Below, piece after piece: positions 49,728-62,130 of a stretch of DNA of 64,000 bases; positions within the stretch are counted from its first letter, which is position 1; every line of letters starts with the position of its first letter. The position numbers and the translations under genes are program-made. Location: positions 92,876,001 to 92,940,000 of the forward strand of contig OZ024741.1 in assembly GCA_964016885.1 (NCBI GenBank), written 5' to 3'. Below the pieces are notes generated by a model. It was not told the DNA's origin. It worked only from the letters and a program-made list of their open reading frames with translations, and did not search any database. The DNA comes from Eledone cirrhosa (taxonomy: Eukaryota).

Positions 49728-50057
49728 CATTTCATTTCATTTTACGTCCGCTTTTTCCCTGCTTGTAAGGGTGGGACGGGAACTGATTCTGGCTTGATTT
49801 CTACAGCTGGATGCCCTTCCTAACACCAACCTCATTTACAGTGAGTGCTGGGTGCTTTTTTGCCATGGCACCTGCATGACCACTTTGCAGTGGAATGATA
49901 TGGACCCCAGTCCCTATCATCTCATTTCTACAGCTGAGTAAACTGGAGCAATGTGAAATAAAGTGTCTTGCTCAAGGAAACAACACATCACCCAGTCTGA
50001 GAATTGGGTGATGTGTTGTTTCCTTGAGCAAGACACTTTATTTCACATTGCTCCAGT

Positions 50058-50060
<3 letters not shown>
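49728..50060 (-). mobile_element. RTE-tailed SINE, 5'-truncated, with 56-bp fold-back
   Basis: Matches 57245-57567 up to the B-box region; 50005-50060 is the exact reverse complement of 49939-49994. Confidence 0.9.
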
Positions 50061-50108
<48 letters not shown>

Positions 50109-50759
50109 GATAGATAGATACACGATCAGGGAGTGTTTGAAATTTGAAAACGTGAGAGTCCAAAAGCAGAAAATAACTAACAATCAATTACTATAAATAA
50201 TAGTTGAGAAAATGTGTGTGTGTATATATATAAAGGTTGCCAATAACAACTAAATTCATTAAATAGAAAAACAAAACACTATAAGAGGTGTCATCTATAA
50301 TCAATATCAATCTGAGACAAGTTTCATGTGATCAATATTAAGGTACTAACATAATTAACTCATGATACCAAACCACCACTGGCTTTATCTAAAAACCTTC
50401 TATCATAGTTTTATGTAAGTTATGCTCCAAACACCAACTTAGTAAGAAGAAAGTTAGTTATTTTACTAAATCACCCCAAATTTTTGATTACTCTGAAAAT
50501 GATTTAAATATGGTAACAAAAAGGTTAAGTCAAGTAAAACCACTCCTGGCTATCTCATATTCTCAACATAACAAAGACTGGCCCTCCCCTTCAGCCTCCC
50601 ACAACACACTCGTAGATGTGTTGTTCACACAGAATGGGTTCAGCCAGCCCCAACCAATGCATCCACAGCATAGTGAACAGAGGCTGCCCATGCACAGTAA
50701 TTACAGACATCTGATGCAGCAGACAGCATATATGTGAGGACCAGATCATCAATCCATAT

Positions 50760-51250
50760 TTTCAATTGTCCACCCCACCATTCATACCGTCCTTTGAAGA
50801 GTACTGGTGCAACTACCTCACAAACGAGTTTACCTTGTGGGCAGCAGAGTGCGTGATCAAATCAACAGGATAGCCTTTTGAAAGAATCAATCCAGCAGGA
50901 ACAAATTTTGGTGTTTAGCACAAACAACTTCTAAACCATTATGGAATGCTGCTTCCACATCTAGGCCAGTGTTGCTACATGTGCAGACATCCAACAATGC
51001 ATTAAAAAGAAGGCCAACAGATGTGCTCTCTGCCTCCTCACTGCCTTTTCTACCACTACTAGAGGTTGATCTAACACCTCCATTCAAACCATCCAAATTC
51101 ACTTGTTTCACCTTTCCTTATCATCTATACTGTGTCCAAACGTCCACTAACAACTTCATAGAGTTCTTCAAGCAACACCTCAGAACATCAGCACTCAGGG
51201 ACCCCTATGCCCATATTTTTCAACTGTCAAACTTCAGCTGTTCAAGTAGA
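50760..51250 (+). mobile_element. Degraded CR1/L2-like LINE 3' fragment
   Basis: Degenerate MECCFHI* (cf. MEYCSHIW), ...LFYHY and RTSAL motifs. Confidence 0.45.
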
Positions 51251-51435
51251 GTATTAGCCTCACCAATCTCACCATTATCAACTTATAAGGCCTATGAATG
51301 GCTGTGAGCAATCCCCTCCCTCCAGACCAAATCCCCAACAAATAATTAAAATAAGTCTTCTAAAAAATTTTCCATGAATATTATTGAAGCTAATAAGTAA
51401 CTTTAATAAAAAAGGTTAGCAAAGCTAATACTAAC

Positions 51436-51576
51436 TTTCTCTACCTTCATAACCACATTTCTTGACTTCAGCCTGGGTTGGGTTCTCACCCATAGCCCTC
51501 AATACTTCTCCAAGTTGATAGGCAGAAATCTTTCCATCTCCCTTTTCATCAAACAAGTTGAAAATATCAAGTAAAT
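51436..51576 (-). CDS. MYL6: Myosin essential light chain exon (EF-hand 1); start-codon exon(s) not located
   Basis: ttttag|...|gttagt; 141 bp; (D)[46 protein letters not shown], typical of MYL6/Mlc-c (FDxxGDGKI...RALGQNPT). Confidence 0.93.
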
Positions 51577-51749
51577 CTAAAATGACAAAAATAATATAAC
51601 ATTCAAATGAATCATAAAGCTCTTTGATAATCAACATCAATACAAGTACGTCTTTCTGGCAGCTTTAGGTCCAGACCCATGTCAAATTATCTGTTTTGCC
51701 ACATAATAATTCAGGGTAAAATTCTAAGGAGACTACCACCAGATCATTA

Positions 51750-52190
51750 TTAATTCGGACGCCATGCTTTCCACCATAGTTACGTCCCTTTACGATCTGA
51801 GTTCAAATCCCGCCGAGGTTGACTTTGCCTTTCATCCTTACGGGGTCGATAAAATAAAGTACCAGTAATGCACTGGGTAATTGCTGGCCTTGTGCCTAAA
51901 GTAGAAACAATTATTAATTATTTCACTACAAAACCTTTACAACATACATTTGATTCATCATTATCATCATCTCAATACAGTGGATTGGCACTCAATACGG
52001 TGGATTGGCAGTATCGGTAGAGGGTCGGACGTCATGCTTTGACGTATAGATTTACGGCCCTTGCCATTCTGAGTTCAAATCCCGCCGAGGTTAACTTTGC
52101 CTTTCATCCTTACGGGGTCGATAAAATAAAGTACCAGTAATGCACTGGGTAACTGCTGGCCTTGTGCCAAAAGTAGAAACAATTATCATC
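51750..52190 (+). mobile_element. Two tandem young tRNA-derived SINEs
   Basis: B box GAGTTCAAATCCC, core gcctttcatccttacggggtcgataaaataaagtaccag, short (ATT/CAT)n tails. Confidence 0.88.
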
Positions 52191-55100
52191 ATCTCAATAG
52201 TTTAACCTCCATTTTCCCTGCTAGCAAGGGTTAGATGTCATTCCCGGCCAGTCAGTACTCAAATGGAGCGATTGACCTCCGAGTGGGCCAAGGACTCAAC
52301 ATACAATCCTACACTCTACCAAATGCATTTCATCGTGGCATCAACACTAAGGAAGTTGTCATGACTTTGGCACAGCTGAAGAGTCTTCCTGACCTTTATT
52401 TGTCAAGTTTTCTACAGCTGGATGCCTTTGCTATAACCAACTACTTTACAGAGTGTATTGTATGAAAGTAGATGCACCCTTCCTACACCTAAACTACAAT
52501 AACTTGCACTGAGTTTGGAAACCATTACTAGGGATAAATATAAATAAGAAAGGATAAGAATTTCCCTAATTCACTGGAGCTGTAACAGCCACTGATATCT
52601 ATATACATAGATGATAGCAAATGATACTCAGTGCTGCCTGTGGCCACCCAGTAAATTACTCTGGTGGGTCACAGGAAATTCAAGTGCCCACTTATAAGTA
52701 TGTCAGGATTAAAAAGGTACAGAACCATCAGAAGCCACAAAAATCAATGTTGTACCTATAATTAACCACAATTTAATAATTTGAAAAATGAAAAGGAAAT
52801 AAGATTTACAGCTCACACTTATGAAGGTTTAGTTGGCCTTCTACAAGGTTGCATCACATTGGAGGTTTCTCAGTTTTATCATGAAAAGAAACATGAAATG
52901 AAGCATCTTGCTCAAAAGCACAACACACTGATCCAGAAATCAAACCCACAACCTTATAATTGTGAAAAAGAACTAATTGCTGAACCTGTGCCTAAATTAA
53001 AAAATATTACTATAATATTCATGCTCATATCCATATAAGCACAAATATGGCTGTGTGATTAAGAAGTTTGCTTTGCAACCATGTTTGTTGGTTCAGTCCC
53101 ACTGCATGGCACCTCGAGTCAGTATCTTTTACTGTAGCTTTCAGTTGACCAATGCTTTGTGAGTGGAATTTGATAGACAGAAACTACTGAAGCCTGTTAT
53201 ATGTGTGTGCCTGTGATTACATTTGTGTCTGTGGAAATGTCTTGTAACTTAGCAGTTCAACAAAGAAATGATCAATAAAATAAGCACCACTCTCTTGCCT
53301 CACTTAACTTCTTGGCCATCACCACTCCCTTCAAATTATATTTGCAGGCACTTTTGCCTGAAAAGAATAGAGACAACAGAGTGGGGAGGATTGTTTTGCC
53401 ATGAAATGCACCCAGTACACTCTGTTAAGGGTCAGCAATCGATCAGAAGCAACATAGCATAGAGGGGACTTAACCTCTCAAGCAATGTAGCCAGTACACT
53501 CTGTTAAGTTATTGGTGTTAGGAAAGGCATCCAATCATAGAAGCCATATGAAAAAAATATATATTTGAATGTTTGAGTGAGATGTGGTCCTCCTACAAGT
53601 CCTTGATGGTAGTAGAAAGAAAATAAAATGATAATTATTATTAGTGGTAGAATTAGAGTAGTCATTGATATCCCTGCATGTTGTAAGAGGCAAATAAAAG
53701 AGTTAGCACCAGAAAGGATATCTAGCTGTAAAACATTCCCTCAGAAAGGACCAAATGATGAGTATGAAACTTGTCATGAAGTCTGTTGCATTAACAAAGG
53801 GGAAAAAAATGGCCTTATAGCGCTGGCTGCAACTACTTATAATATACCACTACATATTTCCATTCCTAAAAATAGTAGTACAGGATGTCTCATAAGATTC
53901 AATTAAGTCTTACATCTTATTTCCCTCCTGTCTCAAATTAACATAAATACTGCCTACATTTGAGTAATCTAATTTATGATCAAAATGTCTAAATGGAAAT
54001 TGGCCAATACACCACTTAGCTAGAGTTAAACCATCTCATTATAAACTATTTCACTCTTTAATCATTCCGTTACCGTATTTCTAATGAAAGGAACTGCTTA
54101 TGATTTTAAGATGATTTTGAAAATAATCAAGATTTTTTTTTTGGAGGAGTTTAGTAATATAACTAACTTTCTCATTATCAAGCTGGTGTTTGGAATATAA
54201 CTTAACAAAGGTTCTTACATAAAATTATGAAGGAAGGTTTAAATAAAACAAACGGCTTTGTATCATAGAAGCAGGGACAGTTTCAGGTGGTTTGGTATCA
54301 TTGATAACAAGATTTATTATTACAATAGTTTATTTATATATTATATATATATAGCCAGTTGGTGAGTAATAAAATATTACTGTAGATGGCACCTGTCTGA
54401 ACTCTAAGCTTTTACATGATTTGGATATTCACTGTTAAATATGTGTATTAACACCAACATGTTTGTTATTGGCGTAATATGTTGAGTGCTTATATTAATA
54501 TATATATATATTGTATATATATTACTGTTTATTCAGGGAGGGAAGCGTAGTACTCATGACCCCTTTCAGGGACTCTGAGACCGGTGTGAGGGAGAGAAGT
54601 ATCCTCAAACCAGAGACTTGGCCCAAATGCTTGCAATGACCCTGCTAATGCTACTAAAAAGCTAGTGAGAACAAATACAACAAAGCATCTTATCTGACAA
54701 CCTAACAAAAGAATAGCTGTTAAAACAGCTAAGTGCCATCGATGATAGCGTTAGACAAAAATGACCTCAAACGACAGAAATCAGTGGCTAGAAGTGTGTT
54801 GGCCTGCAGAAGTGTTAGAAAGAAAGAAATAAAGGAAGAAAATGAATGAGACAAGATCACACACACACACATCTTTTAATCTCTTCAATAATATCAGCAA
54901 CATGTAGAAAATCTAAATTATAAAAGTCGAAGTATCTCCAAAATTATATGATATAATGGAATAATCCCTGAGAAGTGGGAGAGTGTCATACATGTTATAG
55001 CAGAAATCAGTCATAACTGACAGATGGAAAGTAGCAACAAGAATTAGAATTTAAAAAGTAAATAGGGTATTTGTCTGCTAGGGAAATAACAAGCTTTTCA

Positions 55101-56589
55101 GTTAAACTATGAGTCATTTAACTAGAAGGAAAGTACAAACATTTATGTATACATATATACAAGTGTGTGCATACATATGTATCATCACATAAAATGATCA
55201 CACACACACACACACACACATATATATTATATATATATAATGTATGTGTGTAAGTGTATACATACATATTGTTCCATTTCGATATGGCTGGCCAGTTCTT
55301 TAACTACAAATTCTTTGCAAGATTCTTTGAAACTCTTGTCAAATACTGTTTTTTTTTATTTTAAACAATAGTGTCTCTATACTTATAGTATACAACGTCA
55401 GTGTTTGAAGTACTGTTTAGATATCAGGTTATATCATATCATGGTTCTTTCTTCCACATCTCTACCATTTCTGTCTGTCATGCTACTCCAGCCCACATTG
55501 TAAACTATTTATTTGAATAAAACAAGAAACCATTTTCTTTCTTTACATGGCACTTATTCATCATTTTATCTCACCTCATGTGAAGAACTTAAACCACTTG
55601 CAGATCAGCAGGTCACTAATCCATCTCACCATTTATATTGGAAAACCTTTGTTAGGTTATATTCCAAACACCAGCATAATAATGAGAAAGTTAGTTATAT
55701 TACTAAATCTCTCCAAATTCTTGATGATTGTCAAAATTATTTGAAAATCATATGCGTATCTTTCATTAGGTATATATGGTAATGAATGGGTTAAACAAAC
55801 ATTTAAGATCTAATACACCATATCTATTATGTATATGCTGCTAACATAGATCTTCCTTCTGGAAATATATTAATTATAACCATCGCTCTCGCTCAGATCA
55901 ATCGACAAGATCCCAGACCTCATTTGTTTGCTGAGTGGGGTGGGCCTTGTCAAATTGGACAAAGAAAAGAATGTTTCCATTGGTCTTTCCATTGCTGACA
56001 CTATCTACCAGTCACAACTCCTGGCAGAAGGAGCAACGTTAAATAAAGTGTCGTGCTCAAGGACACAACACATCACCCAGTCCGAGAATTGAACTCACAA
56101 CCTCACGAATGCGAATCCAACTCTCTAACAACTAAGCCTCATGCCTTCACAATTATAACTATACAGCAACACACTTCAAAAGAAAATGTGAACATGTTTA
56201 GGTGGGTCAATTATTAATATTTTTCCACATATATAAAGGTGTGGCAATAAATAAAAATGAATAGTTAAATTCTCCTACATACACAAACAAATACTGCCAA
56301 TACTGGAATTGAATAATTCAAAACCGTAGTGGTATGTCACATATCAAATCATATATTTTGTCTGATGAAAACGTACTTAAACACCATAGTGCTTTTGAAA
56401 TATGTATTATAAAATATATATTTTGATTATGAGAATATTTTTCATTTGTTAACATTTTGAATAATATTAAAAACTCCAGGAAAATATACTGTTGAGTGCT
56501 TCTAATCTATTGCAATATTGTATTCGTTGAGTAATGAACGAACCATACTAATCTTTGGTTACACAAACATATATATATATATATATTCC

Positions 56590-57230
56590 ATGTAGGCGCC
56601 ACGGAAAAAAAGCACCCAGCACTCACTGTAAATGAGTATGGTGTTAGGAAGGGCATCCAGCTGTAGAAATCAAGCCAGAATCAGTTCCCATATGAGCAAG
56701 ACATGGTCAGCCGACCGGACACTGTCCACAACAGGACAACCCGTCTAACACATGCTAGCATGGAAGAACAGACGTAAAACGGTGATGATTATATATATAT
56801 ATATATATATATGAATGAATGTGTAATAACATATGTGAACAGCAAAGTATAAACAAACAGAGAGAAACTAGGCATAAGAAGAATCAGATGCAGTGTGCAG
56901 GAGAGGAGATTGCATTGGTATGGTCATGTGATGCATATGAAGGACGACAGCTATATAAAAAGATGCAGAGGGCTCAAAGTTGATGGAAGCTATGGAGTAG
57001 GAAGACTCAGGAAGACTTGGGATGAGTTGATAAAAGCTGACCTAGCACAATTGCATCTCATGAGTACAGGCTGAATACATCTGGTATGCACCACCTTCAT
57101 GCCCCTTCCACACAACTAAAATTGGTTCTGTATGAGTAAGACATGGTCATCTGACCTTGACTAGCATCAAAAAGGACAACCTGTCTAATTCATGGTAGCA
57201 TGGAAAATAGTCAAACAGTGATGATGATTT
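56590..57230 (+). mobile_element. Two 3' fragments of an older RTE-type family
   Basis: Tail at 56590-56790; ~56860-57060 reads EKLGIRRIRCSVQERRLHWYGHVMHMKDDS, followed by a tail. Confidence 0.75.
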
Positions 57231-57244
57231 TATATCATCATTTT

Positions 57245-57567
57245 CATCATCATTTTACGTCCGCTTTTCCCTGCTTGCAAGAGTGGGACGGGAACGGATT
57301 CTGGCTTGGTTTCTACAGGTGGATGCCCTTCCTAACACCAACCTCATTTACAGTGAGTGACGGGTGCTTTTTTTCTGTGGCGCCTACACGTCCACTTTGC
57401 AGTGGAATGATAGGGACCCCAGTCCCTATCATCTCATTTCTACAACTGAGTAAACTGGAGCAATGTGAAATAAAGTGTCTTGCTCAAGGAAACAACACAT
57501 CACCCGGTCTGAGAATTGAACTCGTAACCTTTCGATTGCAGGCCAATGCTCTAACCACTAAGTCATG
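57245..57567 (-). mobile_element. Full-length tRNA-headed SINE sharing the RTE 3' region
   Basis: Minus-strand head catgacttagtggttagagc...gagttcaattc (A and B boxes). The body shares ggtgttaggaagggcatcca.ctgtagaaa and the (GAT)n tail with the RTE. Confidence 0.85.
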
Positions 57568-57949
57568 TATATATATATATATATATATATAAAAACAAGA
57601 TCGTGTAGGACAAAACAAAGGAGAGACACAAAATAAAAACCTAGTCACTGAGGAGGTCACAGAATGTGTGACGAAAGAGCTTTGACAATATATAAACAAC
57701 CTTCCAGTTATCGAACCAACCAACCAACTGGAAACTTATAATAAATTGAAGTGAAAACCAACAGGTGTGTGTGTTTTTATTGGCAGCATGACCCTCCCAA
57801 AGTATAACAATATATATAAATATATATCATCATCATCAAATAGATACACATATATACATATATATGCTAGGTGGTGTGGCGTGGAGACCTCTACGGGACT
57901 GAGGCCCTCCCCCAGCTTCACAACACCCACTTTTACTGGCCTTTATCCT

Positions 57950-58320
57950 CTAACCTTGAACTATACAGTCGATACTCTCCTCTCCTGAGAACAGCTTGAC
58001 TCCTTTCTTTCGTCCAGTCTTTTCATCCTGCCGTCACCATCTCCAATTCTTCAGTCCAATATCTCGACATCTCTCTCTCTATCGACCACATTCACCACAT
58101 ACTTTCTACCTCCATCATCTATAAGCCCACTGATTCCCATTACTACCATGACTTCACCTCCTCCCATCCCACCCACACCAAAATCTTCATACCCTACTCC
58201 CACTTTCTCTGTCTTTGTCAGCTTTGTAGCCAGGACTTAGATTTTGAGACTGAGTCCCAACACATGGCATCTCGTTTCAGCCACCATGGATAAAACCCAC
58301 ACTGATCACCCATGCCCATG
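57950..58320 (+). mobile_element. Penelope-like element RT C-terminal fragment
   Basis: LDISLSI..LSTSIIYKPTDSHYYHDFTSSHPTHTKIFIPYSHFLCLCQLCS..DF...M..RF..HG matches the PLE motif YxKPTD...S.HP..K..IPYSQ.LR..RICS. Confidence 0.8.
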
Positions 58321-59122
58321 AAATCAACCATACCACATAGCCTATGCCTGCCAGTGTTCCCTTTGCAGGTTTATATACAAACAGGCCACCACCTGGCAGA
58401 CTATTTTGCTGAACACTTGAGGGACATACAACTTGGCATGAATATCCCCTTCAGTTGTGTCAAAGACATGACAACCTCCCTAGTGTTGGTGATCTACGTG
58501 ATAAATGCACCCAGTTCATACTGTAAAGTAGTTGGTGATAGGAAGGGCACTGACATAGAAAGCTTACCAAACAAATGGTTTGCAGGACCCTTCAGATATG
58601 TCAAAGTCATGATAACCTCTTTAGTGTTGGTGCAACCATAAAATGAACTCGTTAGAACGTGGAAACATATGTAAACGATATGTGAATCCCCGGCCAGTCT
58701 GTGAGGTCAGTAGCTCTGCTTCAGTACTGATTCGGTCTGTGAAGAAGTATCCAACCCTTGCTAGAAAGGAAAGTGGACGTTAAATGATGATGATACACAT
58801 ATATTCAGATATATGTAGAGAGAGAGAGAGAGAGAGAGGTGACAAATTGGCAGTCAACTTTTCCTTCCATCTTTTCCAGGTCGATAAAAAAAAATGTACC
58901 AACCCAGTACTAAGGCCAACTTTTATACTACTTTTCTCACTGTCCCCCTCTCAAAGAAATCCATTGTATTCAGACGTAGACAGAGAACGTGCTCTACCAG
59001 GTTTATACATTACATAGATATACACACACACACATATATACATACTCATATATATATACTTACATTTATATACACACACATTTACATGCATATACACATA
59101 TATACACACATACACACACAAA

Positions 59123-61148
59123 CATCATCATCATCATCATCGTTTAACGGCCATGTTCCACGCTTGCATGGGTTTGGACGGGAGTTTTCCCACTTGAGGC
59201 AAGAGTGGTTGTCTTGCTCGCATAGGACTGTCTGGCAGGTTTTCTACAGCTGGATGCCCTTCCTAACACCAACCACATTTACAGTCTGGGACTGGGAGGT
59301 TTTTACCGTGTTGCCTACACAGCTACATTACAGCGTGGACTGTGTGTTTTTTTGTCGTGACACCTACACGATCTCATTTGTTTCGGCCTGGATGTTGTGG
59401 CACCAACATAACTTTACATTGAAAGGGGCGGTGTGGATGGGGTGGTGGTGGTGGTGGGACGGGGTGTATTTTGTTAGAGATGCCTACTGACTGTAGTAGG
59501 TTTTACTTTGTATTCAGGTAAGGCGGGTCTTCTCTATTACTGAGTACCGCCAAAGCTCTCGGTCCAGTGACTTTGTCTTGGAGAGGTGTAAGTGTGTGAG
59601 GTCGGAATTTATCAGCTCGTCCCAGGTTTTTCTGGGTCTGCCTACTCCGTGGCTACCGTCTATCTTTATTGCCCTGCACTTTTTTATACAGCTGTCGTCT
59701 TTCATGCGCATCATGTGACCATACCAACGTAGCCTTTTCTCGAGTAAACAACATCTGATCCCTCTTATTTTTAATTTTTCCCTTAGTTCGTTTATGCTTT
59801 GCCGTTCGCGTATATTACTATTACACATCCAGCGGAGCATGCAAGCTTCGTTCCTCTCTAGTCTGCGTATATCCTCTGCACACAATGCCCAGGTCTCACT
59901 GCCATGCAACATTGCTGTTCGTATGCAGGCATCATACAGCCTGCCTTTCATTTTTAGGGAGAACCCTTTAGCGGCTAATAGTGGTATAAGCTCTCTGAAC
60001 TTTTTCCATCCAGTTCTGACTCTAGCTACTGTACTTTCAGAGCACCCTCCCCCACTGCTGATTTTGTCACCCAGGTAACGGAAGCTGTCCACTATTTCTA
60101 TAGGACCCTCTGCGCAATTGAAAGAGCTAGTATTTTGTGGGCACTTGCTGCTACTTATTGTACCAGAGCACTGGCCACATGTAAAATCTATGTTCTTAGT
60201 GAGCTTACCTGTGATCCCACTACATCTTTTATGCACCCATACTTTGCATTTGGGACATAAAATGGAGTTTCTACCTACGCCTTTCCTACACACTGAGCAT
60301 GGCCATTTCCCGGAAGGGACTGGCGCCTTATTTTCTTTCCTACAAACTAGAACTTTAGTCTTAGCCAGGTTAAGTTTAAGGCCTTTTGATTCTAGGCCGT
60401 GCTTCCATGTTTGGAATTTCTTCTCTAGCTCGGCCATTGATTCAGCTATGAGCGTTAGATCATCTGCTTATAGGAGTTCCCATGGCCAGCCGGTCTTGAA
60501 CTCCACTGTTATAGCCTGAAGGGCAATAATAAATAGTAGGGGGCTAAGAACAGAGCCCTGATGGACACCAACTTTTACGCTAAACTCTTCACTATATTCG
60601 TTGTTAGTTCTAACCTTGCTGACTGTTTCTTTATACATGGCTTGTATAGCTCTCACAAGCCATTCATCAACACCTAGTTTTCTAAGAGCCCACCAGATAA
60701 TGGAACGGGGGACTCTGTCGAAGGCTTTCTCCAAGTCGACAAAAGCTAAGTATAGGGGTTTACTTTTAGCTAGGTACTTCTCCTGTAGTTGTCGTACAAT
60801 GAAAAGAGCGTCTGTGGTACTTTTGCCTGACACAAACCCGAACTGCATTTCATCTAGATCAATTCTCTCTCTGATTAGTTGCGCTATTACTTTTTCCGTG
60901 ACCTTCATGACCTGGTCGATTAATTTAATGCCTCTATAGTTACTCCTATCTAGGGCATCTCCTTTACCCTTGTAACAGTTAATGATGATGCTGCTACGCC
61001 AGTCCTTCGGAACAACCCCATTCTGTATGACTTGGTTTACTATCCGGGTGACCATGGTGTGTCCCACCGTTCCAGAGGCTTTCAGCATCTCAGCAACTAT
61101 TTCCGAAGGCCCAGCCGCCTTACCCGTCTTCATATCTATACCCGTCTT
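59123..61148 (-). mobile_element. RTE LINE, 5'-truncated; YADD Tyr codon mutated to stop
   Basis: ORFs 60468..61163 and 59514..60437 are in frame and separated by TAA at ELL*ADD; PHD finger, 3' UTR and (GAT)n tail. Confidence 0.95.
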
Positions 61149-61657
61149 CATCATCATCATCATCGTTTAACGTCCGTGTTCCACGCTTGCATGGGTTTGG
61201 ACGGGGGTTTTCCCACTTGAGGCAAGAGTGATTATCTTGCTCGCATAGGACTGTCTGGCGGGTTTTCTACAGCTGGATGCCCTTCCTAACACCAACCACA
61301 TTTACAGTGTGGGGCTGGGAGGTTTTTACCGTGTTGCCTACACGGCCACATTACAGCGTGAACTGTGTGTTTTTTTGACGTGACACCTACACGATCTCAT
61401 TTGTTTCGGCCTGGATGTTGTGGCACCAACATAACTTTACATTGAAAGGGGCGGTGTGGATGGGGTGGGGGGTGGGGGTGTATTTTGTTAGAGATGCCTA
61501 CTGACTGTAGGTTTTACTTTGTATTTAGGTAAGGCGGGTCTTCTCTATTACTGAGTACCGCCAAAGGTCTCGGTCCAGTGACATTGTCTTGGTGAGGTGT
61601 AAGTGTGTGAGGTCGGAATTTATCAGCTCGTCCCAGGTTTTTCTGGGTCTGCCTATT
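61149..61657 (-). mobile_element. RTE LINE 3' fragment, head-to-tail with the previous copy
   Basis: 3' UTR plus the last ~45 codons; its (GAT)n tail joins the 5' end of the 59.1-61.1k copy. Confidence 0.92.
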
Positions 61658-62086
61658 CATATATATACATACACACATATATACATACACATATATATAC
61701 ACACACATATATACATACACATATATATACATACACACATATATACATACACACACACACGTATATATATATATATATACACACACACATATATATATAT
61801 ACACACACACGTATATATATATACACACACATATATATACACACATATATATATATATATATACACATACGTATATATATACATATATATACACACATAT
61901 ATACACACATATATATACACACATATATATATACATACATACACACAGGTATATATATATACACACACACACGTATATATATACACATGCACACACATAC
62001 ATATACACATGCACACACATATACATACACACACACATATATACACACACATACACACACACATACACACACATATATACACATAC

Positions 62087-62117
<31 letters not shown>

Positions 62118-62130
62118 TACATACATACAT
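61658..62130. repeat. Compound (TA)n/(CA)n microsatellite
   Basis: Pure dinucleotide mix; source of five spurious ORFs. Confidence 0.95.

Noticed and set aside
57490-57567. tRNA gene (also at ~52000-52090)
   Set aside because: A and B boxes belong to SINE heads that continue into SINE bodies; no clean cloverleaf.
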